Positions 8,860 to 19,100 of a stretch of DNA of 47,977 nt are shown here, in pieces. The position numbers were made by a program, and so were the translations under genes. The notes under the pieces were generated by a model, which was not told the DNA's origin, made no database searches, and saw only the letters and a program-made list of their open reading frames with translations. The stretch is from Acidobacteriaceae bacterium (lineage in GTDB: Bacteria > Acidobacteriota > Terriglobia > Terriglobales > Acidobacteriaceae), in assembly GCA_003159355.1 (NCBI GenBank), contig PLPA01000091.1, forward strand, positions 1,118 to 49,094, written 5' to 3'. The stretch's first letter is position 1; every line of letters begins with the position of its first letter.

Positions 8860-9855
8860 TCACCATGGCTGCGCCGGAGAAAAGCGTCCTCCAGCGGTGT
8901 CGCGCCAGGCCTGGCTCAAGATCGATATCAGGTGCAGATCGTCGCTAGCGCTGGCGCGGCGATCCGCGTCCTTGCTCCACCGTCTGCGCTGCGACCGCAG
9001 CCAGTACCATAGAGCCTCCAGCCCCACGGCCAGCCATGCCGACAATCCATGATGCTTCCGATAGTAAAGCAGCATACTTCGCATCCGCCACAGAGTCAGC
9101 TGCGCTCCGGTTCGCGAGAGCTGGAGCGACCGGACCTGTCGCGACGACTCGCCGCCGATATGGACAATGGCGATATCCGGCCAATACCAAATCGAGTGCC
9201 CTGCGTTCTTGATGCGCTTGCACAGATCGACTTCCTCGTAATAGAGGAAGAATCGCGGATCGAAGGAACCAACGGACCGCAGCACCTCAGCACGGACGAT
9301 CGAGTAGGCGCCGGGAACCCAATCGACCTCGGCAGCTTCCATTGGGCTTGCCCAGGTGCGGTCGGCGCGCCCGAAGAAGCCTGAGTGCGGAAAGCGAGCC
9401 GCAAGCCCGGAAAGAACAAGCAAGTCGTTGAAGACCGTGGGAAACATGCGTGCGGAAGGCTGCCACGAGCCATCGCGCCCGATCAGCCGCCCGCCGCCAA
9501 GTCCCGCGCGGGTGGTAGCGTCCATGTGGGCCACAGAGAGCTGGAGCGATCCTTCGCTCAAGAATGCATCGGAGTTAAGGAGCACAATATAGCGCCCACC
9601 CGCCGCCTGAAAGCCGAGATTGTTTGCCGGGCCGAACCCCAGGTTTACTTCACTCCGAATCAACAGCACGCCGGAGAACTCGCGTTCGATCATGGCGGCA
9701 GTACCGTCCGTCGAAGCGTTATCGACCACAATGACCTGAACGCGCAGCGAACCCGCCTCGCGATAGACCGATTGCAGGCATTCCCGCAGCACATCGCGCG
9801 TGTTGAAGGACACAATCACGATAGTGACGTCGAACTGTAGCGACCCGGAAGTCAA
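8860..9855 (-). CDS. Glycosyltransferase family 2 (WbbL-like)
   Basis: IVIVSFNT, VVDNASTDG, NLGFGPANN, LLNSD, FDPRFFLYYEEVDLC. Likely TTG start at 9855 after AAGGAG (ORF track 9897). Confidence 0.92.
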   Translation of the reverse strand: MTSGSLQFDVTIVIVSFNTRDVLRECLQSVYREAGSLRVQVIVVDNASTDGTAAMIEREFSGVLLIRSEVNLGFGPANNLGFQAAGGRYIVLLNSDAFLSEGSLQLSVAHMDATTRAGLGGGRLIGRDGSWQPSARMFPTVFNDLLVLSGLAARFPHSGFFGRADRTWASPMEAAEVDWVPGAYSIVRAEVLRSVGSFDPRFFLYYEEVDLCKRIKNAGHSIWYWPDIAIVHIGGESSRQVRSLQLSRTGAQLTLWRMRSMLLYYRKHHGLSAWLAVGLEALWYWLRSQRRRWSKDADRRASASDDLHLISILSQAWRDTAGGRFSPAQPW

Positions 9856-9871
9856 AGTATAAATACTCCTT

Positions 9872-11170
9872 TCAGTTGTTATTGAGTGTGTTCTCACTCA
9901 ATACAGATGCGAGCAAGCTTACGTTCTCCGTCAGGTTGTAAAGATCGTGAACGCGCTTGCGGCCTTCAATCCCCAGGCTGCGCCGCAAGAGCGGCTCATC
10001 GGCGAGGCGTTTGAGCGCCGCGGCCAGCGCGTCGGCCGAGGACGCGGGAACAAGCAGGCCATCGAGCCCATCGCGAATCAGTTCTGGAATTCCGGCGATG
10101 CTGGTGCTGACGCACGGCACCTCCATGGCCATCGCCTCCATCAATGCCACGGGCACGCCCTCGGCAAAACTGGCCAGCGCGAAGATATCCGCACGCCCCA
10201 GCAACCGGTATATCTCGTCGTGACTCTTTGCTCCCTCGAAGACCGCCTGAATGCCCATCTGCAGTGCGCACGCCTGCAAATGTTCTCGGTCCGGCCCCGC
10301 GCCCACCAGTCGCACGCAGAGCGAATACCCCTTGGAGTGCAGGGTGGCGCAGGCGCGCAACAAAATAAGTTGGCCCTTCGACGGAACCAGGCGGCCCACG
10401 CAGAGAATCTCAAGCGGGTGCTCCGCCACAGGCCGCGGCAGCATCGGAAGGAATACATCCGGATCTACACCCAGGCGCACCACGCGCATCTTGTCCCAGT
10501 GCTCCGGCGCCGCGATGCGCATGAGTTGGCTGCGGCAATAGTCGCTGATGCACAGGATGAACTTTGCGCGTTCGACCTTCTGGCGAAGATAGAACTTCTC
10601 CACATCGTAGAATTCGTCCGGGCCATGCACGGTCAGGGAGTAAGAGAATCCCCACGCCTTGGATGCCAACATGCCGACCGTCGCCACCGGCCCGCAGAAG
10701 TGAATGTGCAAATGGCGATGACCGCGAGAACGCATCCAGTCGCCCAGAATAAGCGCCTCCGCAAAATAGAAGAGCGCATAGAGCGTGGCGCTTGCGTCCC
10801 ATCGCCCCAAGCACAGAGCAGCCTTCAACCCGCGGGCGAAAACCATTGGCCTCAACAGAAGCGTCTTTGCCGCAACCGCCGCTGCCCGCCCGGCCCCAGT
10901 GGACTTGATGTAAAACGTCTTCTCCGCCTCTTCAATCTCGACCGCGGGCATCGACGAGAGTGGACGGTCCGACTGGTTGATCGATGCGACTTCGACCGCG
11001 AAACCATGCTTTCTCAGTTCCCGTATTTCGTTCAGAAAAAAAGTGTGCGAGATAGCCGGATAGCGGCTCAAGAGATAGAGAAGCGGCCGCGGCTCCGCAG
11101 CCGGCGCCTTGACCGTCAATACCTCCGCAGCAAGCGCGACGTCTGTCTGTGATTCAACATTTGAAGTCAT
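9872..11170 (-). CDS. Glycosyltransferase family 4 (WcaL-like)
   Basis: YPAISHTF, HLHIHF, TVHGPDEF, VGRLVPSKG, EGVPVALMEAMA. Confidence 0.92.
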   Translation of the reverse strand: MTSNVESQTDVALAAEVLTVKAPAAEPRPLLYLLSRYPAISHTFFLNEIRELRKHGFAVEVASINQSDRPLSSMPAVEIEEAEKTFYIKSTGAGRAAAVAAKTLLLRPMVFARGLKAALCLGRWDASATLYALFYFAEALILGDWMRSRGHRHLHIHFCGPVATVGMLASKAWGFSYSLTVHGPDEFYDVEKFYLRQKVERAKFILCISDYCRSQLMRIAAPEHWDKMRVVRLGVDPDVFLPMLPRPVAEHPLEILCVGRLVPSKGQLILLRACATLHSKGYSLCVRLVGAGPDREHLQACALQMGIQAVFEGAKSHDEIYRLLGRADIFALASFAEGVPVALMEAMAMEVPCVSTSIAGIPELIRDGLDGLLVPASSADALAAALKRLADEPLLRRSLGIEGRKRVHDLYNLTENVSLLASVLSENTLNNN

Positions 11171-11235
11171 TGTTCAACCCCTGTCTGGCGACTCGCGGTT
11201 TTGGAATTCACGCTCCCATGCAATTGGAGCTGGCT

Positions 11236-12522
11236 TCAGTTGGGTTCCGGGGCCGTGGCGGGAGAGACCGCGGGTACTTTCAACTCCTGGCGTACGTCCA
11301 GGTTCTCCGTGACGGAACGATAAATGCCAATCACCAAGTCGATCTTTCGCTGCCAGTCGAAATCGCGAAGAGCGCGCTCGCGTGCCGCCTCGCCCATGGA
11401 CTTGGCAAGGCCGGGAATATCGATCATCCTGCGCATCGCCTGGGCAAATCCGGCCACCATGCCCGCATAACTCTCCGGCTCCACAAGCACCCCAGAGGAG
11501 GCGTCAAGGTAGTCTGCCGGACCGCCCCAGTTCGTGGCGATCACCGGCTTGCCCATCGCCATGGCTTCAAGCACCACGGCGCCGCCGCATTCATACAGAC
11601 TGGGCAGAACCAGCGCGACGGAATTCAGCAGAAGACCGGCGCACTGCTGCTGCGTCAGCCAACCTGCGAAATGGACACGATCCTTCAACCCCAGTTCCGC
11701 AACCAGGGATCGCCACGCATTCAGCATGGGGCCGTCGCCAACGATGTCGAGTTCGGCAATTGGAACCTCTTTGAGCGCCCGGATCGCTACATCCACAGCC
11801 TTCCAATCCACCAGGCGTCCGACGAAGACAAAGCGCGGAACCGCGCTCTCCGCGCTGGTGCTCGCTCCTTGCCAGACGCCGAAGTCGATTCCGTTCTCGA
11901 CTAACTCGATCACTTTGCCGCGAATTCCCGAAGGCAGCGAGCGGCGCGTGCGTTCATTGGCAACCAGCACCACGCTGGCGCGCCGCTTGCCGGGCAGCAG
12001 CGCGTTGCCGGCATTTGCAAACAGGCGGGCAAAGGCAATCGCCGCGCGGCTCATCCACGATTCGGAGCGGCGAAAGGCCGGCGGGTAATCCATTCCGCCA
12101 TTCAGCGGACCGATCACCACTGGAACGCCCAGCCCGAAGAGCAGAGAAGGGAAGCGCGGAGCTACCGGAATGGGCTGGTGAATCACGTCGATGCGCTGGT
12201 CGCGGATCAGCCGGCGCACGATAGCTCGCTGGCGAAATTGCGTAATGAGCTGGATGAGAAGGCCCAGCGTGGCTTCAGACAGCCGCATGGGCAGATAGCG
12301 GCTCAGATAGAACAGGAGCTTATGAATCCATAGGTCTGGAACAAACCGGAAGCGGCCGGTCTCATTGGGAAACAGCGCCGTAACTTCGCTTCGCGTGCGC
12401 GAGTGTACGACCATCCAGCATTCGACGCCGCGAGATCGCAGCTGGCGAAAGTAGTGAACGGGAAGGATGGCCTCTCCGCCGAAGCGTTCCGAGGCGTTTT
12501 CGGCAACAATGCAAACTCGCAT
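11236..12522 (-). CDS. Glycosyltransferase family 4
   Basis: GGEA, FVGRLVDWK, VGDGP, LPSLYECGGAVVLEAMAMGKPVI. Confidence 0.92.
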   Translation of the reverse strand: MRVCIVAENASERFGGEAILPVHYFRQLRSRGVECWMVVHSRTRSEVTALFPNETGRFRFVPDLWIHKLLFYLSRYLPMRLSEATLGLLIQLITQFRQRAIVRRLIRDQRIDVIHQPIPVAPRFPSLLFGLGVPVVIGPLNGGMDYPPAFRRSESWMSRAAIAFARLFANAGNALLPGKRRASVVLVANERTRRSLPSGIRGKVIELVENGIDFGVWQGASTSAESAVPRFVFVGRLVDWKAVDVAIRALKEVPIAELDIVGDGPMLNAWRSLVAELGLKDRVHFAGWLTQQQCAGLLLNSVALVLPSLYECGGAVVLEAMAMGKPVIATNWGGPADYLDASSGVLVEPESYAGMVAGFAQAMRRMIDIPGLAKSMGEAARERALRDFDWQRKIDLVIGIYRSVTENLDVRQELKVPAVSPATAPEPN

Positions 12523-12528
12523 GGACCC

Positions 12529-13497
12529 TCACGCAGTGCGGAATATTTGGTAGTATCCCATCGTTTGCAGCATGCGCTTGAAGGCGCGTTCCCGCGCATA
12601 CTGTGCCGGTGTAAGTTCCTCGAACGGAAGCACGCGGCCTGGCTGGAGGAGTGAGGCCCGGCCGTCCAGCAAGCCCGACTCGCGAGCCTTGTGCAGCCAC
12701 CATTTTGCCTCGCCGCCGGCGTGAAAACATTTCATGCTGGCCCAGGATTCCGATTTCAGAATGCTCTGGCCGCTCACTCCCAGCTTGGTCATCACTCGTT
12801 TTGCAGGCGACCGGCGCCAGCATTTCCAGTGCGCGGGGTCGAGGTGCCCTCCGCCCACCCGCATGGCCAGAGCCGCCCACACAATCGCCTCAATATGCAT
12901 GATGCGCGGCAGCCCGGCGTGGCCCAGCCTGCCTACAAGCCAGTCCAGCCAATCCAGATCGGCCGCGGCGCGCCAGTGCGCCACTCCGATGTCCACGTGG
13001 TGCGCGAGCCGGATACCATCGTCTATCGCTGTCTTGACCACCTCGGGCGGAAAGAGGCAGTTCGGCTGCTGCCACATCAGCAGCAAACCGTTCTGGGGAG
13101 TTTGCTCAAACTGAAAGCGATTGGGAAAGTAAAGGTCCGGGTCGAGGAGAACAAGCTCTTCGCCGGGATCGCTCAGCAGCAGCGGATCGGTAATCTTGCG
13201 CCAGCAGGGATGACCGCGGCGGAAGGCGCGCAAGTGATCGTGCCCGGCGAAGATCGCTTCCTCCCGAACGGCCACATCCTGCTCCGAATACACAGACCAT
13301 CGATGCGATTTGGCATCGAGCGCAGCCATCCTATCGGTCAACTCTTCCTTATCCCGCGCGGAGTCGGTAATCAGGCGCAAGTGAAGATATTCGACCGAAT
13401 TGGCAAACAGACTCTCGAGCGCATCCCCGGCATAACTCAGGGAGCGTGGCGAGAGCACCATATACAAATGGCGAATAGTCATTGGTGGCATCCTCAT
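12529..13497 (-). CDS. Hypothetical protein with DxD motif, possible GT-A-fold transferase
   Basis: WRKITDPLL and VLLDPDLYF (DxD after a hydrophobic strand), C-terminal FHAGG. The start overlaps the NRPS stop (TAATG). Confidence 0.55.
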   Translation of the reverse strand: MRMPPMTIRHLYMVLSPRSLSYAGDALESLFANSVEYLHLRLITDSARDKEELTDRMAALDAKSHRWSVYSEQDVAVREEAIFAGHDHLRAFRRGHPCWRKITDPLLLSDPGEELVLLDPDLYFPNRFQFEQTPQNGLLLMWQQPNCLFPPEVVKTAIDDGIRLAHHVDIGVAHWRAAADLDWLDWLVGRLGHAGLPRIMHIEAIVWAALAMRVGGGHLDPAHWKCWRRSPAKRVMTKLGVSGQSILKSESWASMKCFHAGGEAKWWLHKARESGLLDGRASLLQPGRVLPFEELTPAQYARERAFKRMLQTMGYYQIFRTA

Positions 13498-16106
13498 TAT
13501 CCCGCGCAGGCCGCCGGCTCGCTCACCCGAGTCTCGGCAGCATCGGAATGCTCCAGGCGGGCCCGCAATTGCGCCGCTAAGACCTGGATGTTCGGTTCCT
13601 GGAATACCAGGTCGTGGTCGCCGGGCAGTTCAAGCACCTCGACGCCGCCCTCGGCGAATGGGGTCCATCCCAAATCCAGCGGCAGCCGGGGATCGGGTTG
13701 GACGGAGGCGCGGAAGAGCGTGATTGGCCCCGGCCAGGGCCGCGGTTGGTAGTTCATGGCCGCAACCCAGGAGACATCGTCGGTGCTCTTCATGAACGAC
13801 GGCACGGTGCGAAAGCCCAGCAAGATTGCCAGCATGTAAGTCCGGCGCAGCAATCGCGTAAAAAGCTTCTTCCATATGTAATCGACTTTTTCCGAGAGCG
13901 AGAGCGAAGAAAGATTCACCAGGAACCGTGCGATTCGGCGATCGACCTTCACCCGCACGGAATCTTGATGTTGCATCACAGCCAGGTAATCGCGCTGGCG
14001 GCTATCGAGCAGGCCCAGCAGCTCCACCTTCTCTCCCAAGGCGCGCAACCGATGCGCGATTTCAAGAGCCACCATTCCTCCAAAGGAATATCCCAGAAAG
14101 TTGTATGGTCCTTGTGGCTGAATCCGCTGAATCTCGGCCAGATAGAATGCCGCCTGATCTTCCAGGCGAAGGAGCGCCGGCTGGCCGGCCAGCAGCGACT
14201 GCGCTTGCACGCCATAGATTGGATGGTCTGTCCCAACCAGCTTGGCAAGCTGGTAGAAGCGGATAACATTCCCTCCCGCGCCGTGAATGATGAACAGAGG
14301 AGTTTCCGTTCCCTCCGGCTGCATGGGAACAATCGAGGAACTGCCGTTGGCGGAAAGGCGCTTGCGGACCAGTTCCGAAATCCGCTCGACCGTGTGCCCG
14401 GAGAAAAGCGCTGCCAGCCCAAAATCGAGCGAATAGATTTTATTGATCCGGGAGATAATTTGCATGGCGGCCAGCGACCGCCCGCCGAGGTCGAAGAAGC
14501 TGTCGCGGATGCCCAGATTCTTAACCCCTATCGCCGTCTCCCATATGTGGGCTATCTGCGCCTCGAGCGCATCGCGGGGCGCCAGATATTCTCCGCTCTG
14601 CTTGCCGTCTGTGGCCTCTTCCCGGCCTGAACCGGCATCGATATTTCCGTTCCGAACGACGGCCTCTTCGGCGGTTGCGCGCGCAACCGCTCCGTTTCCG
14701 GCCGCGATGAACTGCTGCCCGCCTTCGTCCTTTGCCGCTTCCGCCGCGGGAGTTTCCACGCCAGTTAGAACAGTTTCGAGAATCCGCACGTAGAGCTTGA
14801 GGATTCGCTGGATTGTTGAGACGCGGAAGAAGCCGGGACTGTACTCCAACTGCAGGCGCGGACCTTCCGCGCGTTCGACAATACTCATCATCAGATCGAA
14901 CATTGTCCCTGGACTGACCGAGCGCAGGGGAACGATCTCCAGAGACGGCGTCTTCTGGACCTGCATGAAAGCCCTTTGATAGATGAAATACACCTGGAGA
15001 GATATCTGATTTTTGTCGCGGCAGAAAAACTCGTCTTCGTTCAGATCCTCGAACGGCAGATCCTGATGAGCCAGGGCGCCCAAGGTCCAGATTCGAACGC
15101 TTTCGAGGATCGAGCCAAGGCTATCCCCCTTTTCGATCTTGATGCGGACGACCTGCGGATTGGAAAAGGGGCCGATCAGGTCTTCTGTCTCCTGGCGGCG
15201 GTTGGCGCAGGGCGTGCCGATAAGGATGTCTCCCTGACCGGTCAGCCGGTGGAGCATTGCAGCGTAAACCGACAGCAGCAGCATATAAAGCGTCACTCCC
15301 CGGAGCGCACAGAAATCCCGCGCTTGGCGCGCCAGATCCGGAGGCAGCAGAAGCGTCTCGATGTCGCCGCGCTCTTCGCCTCCGCCGCCGGGAAAGTCGC
15401 GCCGGATTTGAAGCGGGGCGAAATCCCCTGCCAGGGTTTGACGCCAGTATTCGAGAGACTCCGCCGACTCCTTTCCTTTTCTCCACTGCTCCAGCCAGAC
15501 TGCGAAATCGCCGAACTGAATGGGCAATTCCGGCAGCGCAGGGGGAAGGTTGCGCATCAAGCCGTCGTAGATTGCGGCAAAGTCACGCAGCACCACCCCG
15601 TTCGACCATCCATCGCAGATGCTGTGGTGGATGGTGACCAGGAGAATATGCTCGTCGGCGGCCATCTGGATTGCGCGGGCAAAAAACAGCGGACCCTTTT
15701 CCATATCCATCTGGATACGGGCTTGCCGCTGGACGATTACATCGGCCTGCCGCTGGCGCGCATCCCTCTGCAGATGCCGCAAGTCCTCGACCGGCAGTTG
15801 CACTTCGATGGGCGGATGAATCACCTGGGATAGCTGGCCGTCGATCACCTCGAAGGTGGTGCGCAAGGACTCATGGCGGCGCACCAGCTCCGCCAGCGCC
15901 GCCGCCGCCACGTCGAGAGCGAGCGTACCCCGGCAGGTCCATGCGATGGGCATATTCAGAGCGTGATTGCCGGGATACATCCGGTGCAGCAACCAGAAGC
16001 GCATCTGGCTCGGAGTGGCCGGCATCACGAAGACATCCGGTTCCGTTCCGGGCGTCCATGCCCCACCCTGTGGCGAGGAATTCGTCTTCTCGGGTGAGCT
16101 TTTCAT
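13497..16106 (-). CDS. NRPS termination protein: condensation - PCP - thioesterase (no adenylation domain)
   Basis: C: PATPSQ, RHESLRT, HHSICDGWS. PCP: FFDLGGRSL. TE: IHGAGG, GPYNFLGYSFGG, PGDH. Confidence 0.92.
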   Translation of the reverse strand: MKSSPEKTNSSPQGGAWTPGTEPDVFVMPATPSQMRFWLLHRMYPGNHALNMPIAWTCRGTLALDVAAAALAELVRRHESLRTTFEVIDGQLSQVIHPPIEVQLPVEDLRHLQRDARQRQADVIVQRQARIQMDMEKGPLFFARAIQMAADEHILLVTIHHSICDGWSNGVVLRDFAAIYDGLMRNLPPALPELPIQFGDFAVWLEQWRKGKESAESLEYWRQTLAGDFAPLQIRRDFPGGGGEERGDIETLLLPPDLARQARDFCALRGVTLYMLLLSVYAAMLHRLTGQGDILIGTPCANRRQETEDLIGPFSNPQVVRIKIEKGDSLGSILESVRIWTLGALAHQDLPFEDLNEDEFFCRDKNQISLQVYFIYQRAFMQVQKTPSLEIVPLRSVSPGTMFDLMMSIVERAEGPRLQLEYSPGFFRVSTIQRILKLYVRILETVLTGVETPAAEAAKDEGGQQFIAAGNGAVARATAEEAVVRNGNIDAGSGREEATDGKQSGEYLAPRDALEAQIAHIWETAIGVKNLGIRDSFFDLGGRSLAAMQIISRINKIYSLDFGLAALFSGHTVERISELVRKRLSANGSSSIVPMQPEGTETPLFIIHGAGGNVIRFYQLAKLVGTDHPIYGVQAQSLLAGQPALLRLEDQAAFYLAEIQRIQPQGPYNFLGYSFGGMVALEIAHRLRALGEKVELLGLLDSRQRDYLAVMQHQDSVRVKVDRRIARFLVNLSSLSLSEKVDYIWKKLFTRLLRRTYMLAILLGFRTVPSFMKSTDDVSWVAAMNYQPRPWPGPITLFRASVQPDPRLPLDLGWTPFAEGGVEVLELPGDHDLVFQEPNIQVLAAQLRARLEHSDAAETRVSEPAACAG

Positions 16107-19100
16107 CAGACTTTCGTTCTCCGAAATCTCTCCCTGGAAACAGGAGCAATGGCGGGGCCGGCGGGAGCTTTTTCCAGGCCCAGACCCTTGGCTTCTCCAA
16201 GGGCGCTGGACAGATTGGCAATGGTGCGGTGCTGGAATATCTGCGCGGGTTGGATGGGCAGGCCTTCCCGGCCGGCACGCGCGGAGATGCGAAAGATCAG
16301 GAGTGAATCGGCGCCCAGTTCAAAGATGCTGTCAGTGATGCTGACGCGCTCCAGCTTCAAAACATCGGCCCAAATTGCCGCCAGCTTCTCTTGCTGGGGA
16401 GTTACAGCGGGGGTAAACGGCCGCATCTTTGTCTTGCCGGCAAAGGCCGGGTCGGGCAGAGACTTGCGGTCGATTTTGCCGTTGGCGGTCCGGGGTAGCG
16501 CGGGCAGCACGGTAATGACGGCCGGGTGCATATACTCGGGTAGTTTTGCGGTCAGCAGGGTGTGCAATTGCCCGTCCAGATCTGCCGGCGGCGGGGCCAG
16601 CGCCGAAACGACCCAGGCTACCAGCCGCTTGTCTCCGGGCCCGGCTTCGACGGCAGTAACCACCGCATCGCGCACAGCCGGATGGCTGGCCAGGACAGCC
16701 TCGATTTCACCAAGCTCAATCCGGAAGCCGCGCACCTTCACCTGGAAGTCGGAGCGGCCCAGCAATTCGATGTGACCGTCGGGAAGCCAGCGCGCCAGAT
16801 CGCCGGCGCGATAGATTCGCCCGCTGCCAAATGGGTTGGACAAGAACTTCTCGGCGGTCAATTCGGGCCTGTTCCAGTAACCGCGCGCCAATCCCGAGCC
16901 CCCGATATACAGCTCTCCGGTCACTCCCACCGGCACCGGATGCAGACGGTCGTCGAGCACATAGAACTGGGTATTGGCGATGGGAGGCCCAATCGGCACC
17001 GGACCATCCTTCTTTGTAAGCCGGGTGGCCGAAGACCAGATGGTTGTCTCCGTCGGCCCGTAAACGTTCCAGACATTGCCACTCAAATCCAGCAGCGAAT
17101 CGGCCAGATCGCGAGCCAGGGCCTCGCCGCCGCAAAGCACTTTCAGGCGCGGCTGGCCTTTCCACCCCGCCTCCAGCAGAATCCTCCAACCTGCCGGAGT
17201 AGCCTGCATCACGGTGGCCTGCGACTGCTCCAGCAGGCTCAACAACTGGAAGCCATCGAAGACCTGCTCCTTGCTGGCAATCACCAGCCGGGCTCCGGTC
17301 ATCAGTGGAAGAAACAGTTCCAGCGCCGCAATATCGAAAGACAAAGTGGTAACCGCTACCAGCGTGTCGCTGGCGCTCAGGCCCGGTTCCCGCTCCATGC
17401 TGCGCAGCAGGTTGGTGAGCGCGCTGTGTTCGATGGCCACCCCTTTGGGCCTTCCCGTGGAACCCGAGGTATAGATCACGTAGGCCAGGGAATCGGCTTT
17501 GGCGGTTGCATCCAGGTTGGAATCGCTCTCCCGCGCCCACAGTGTCTGCTCGCTGTCAAGACAGACCACCCGCGCGCTGGTGTGCAGCCGCGAAGCCAAG
17601 TGCTCCTGGGTCAGCAGCAGCGATGCCTGTGCGTCCGCGAGCACCAGTTCCAAACGGCTGACCGGGTGGCTGGGGTCGAGGGGCAGATATGCCGCGCCCG
17701 CCTTGAGCACGCCCAACACCGCGCCCAGCATCTGATGCGAGCGCTCCAGGCTGACGCCCACAAGAGAGCCTTCCCGGATTCCCTGACGGCGCAAGTGCCG
17801 CGCCAGCCGGTTGCTGTACTCGTTCAACTGGCGGTAGGTCCATTCCACTCCGTCGCAGATCGCCGCTACACGATTGGGAGTATGAGCGGCCTGCCGCTCG
17901 ATGGTCCGATAAACCGGCTCGAACGGGCCGAAGTCCACGGCGGTGCGATTCCACTCGTCCAGAACGAGGCTTCGCTCGGTCTCCTCCAGCAGGTCGAGAT
18001 CCTCGACCTCCCGGCTTGCATCCGCGGTAATTCCGCGCAGGATCGCCGCATACGAGACCAGCCAGCGTTCGAGGGTGCTCCGGTCGATCAGGTTTGTGTT
18101 GTAATCGCAGTTCAGCAGAAGATCGTCGCCGGTTTCGACGATGTTCAGGAACAGATCCGTGTTCACGAACTCTTTCGGATTTGCCTTGACTTCGACGTGC
18201 AGTCCCTCGAAGTGGAGATTTGTTCCCAGCTTTTCCAGATTGAACTGGACTTCAATCAGTGGCAAGCGGCTGGAATCGCGCTGAATCGGCAGCTTGCGCA
18301 GCAGCGTGCCGTAGGTGAATTCCTGATGATCGTATGCATCCAGGAGCTGGCTGCGGGTGGCGGCCAGGTGTTCCTTGACCGGGCAGGCCGGCTGCAGGAC
18401 GCTGAGCATAGGCAGGAAGTGCACGCAATGGCCGACCAAGCTGGCGTCGTCGAAGAGGGCCTGGCCCGCGGCCGAGATGCCGACCACCACCTCTGACTGC
18501 CGCGTCAGCCGGTGGAGCAGGATTTGAAACGCTGAAAGCAGCGACACATACAGCGTGCAACCCAGACGGGAGCTGGCCTTCCTCAGTTCCGCGGCCAACT
18601 CCGCGCCCAGCGAGGTGTGCAGCGTGGCGCCGTTGTAGGTCTTCACCGCCGGACGCGACCGATCCACGGGCAGGTCGAGCACCGGCGCGCGCCCCTCGAA
18701 GAGATCCACCCAGTAGCGTTCGTTCTCGACATACGCGCCCGCGCGCGCTTCCTCCTGCTCCTTCAGCGCATAGCTGCTGAAGGGCATCAGCGGAGCCAGA
18801 GCCAGCTTCGACCTGGTCTTTGCCGCGCTGAAGATTCTGCCCATATCTTCCAGAAGCTGATTCGCCGACCAGCCGTCGAGCACCATATGGTGGCCGGTCA
18901 GCAGAAGCGCCACTTCATCGGGCGCAGTGCGGAAGAGCGTTGCGCGCACCAGCGGACCATTGTTGAGGTCGAAGGGCGTGCGGCCTTCTTCCGCGATTCT
19001 CGCGTCAAGGAATGCCCCGTGTTCCTGAGCGGAGAGTGCGCTCAGGTCGACAAAGGGAATCTGGCTGGCGAGGGCGGGCGCGATCCTCATGCATTCCTTG

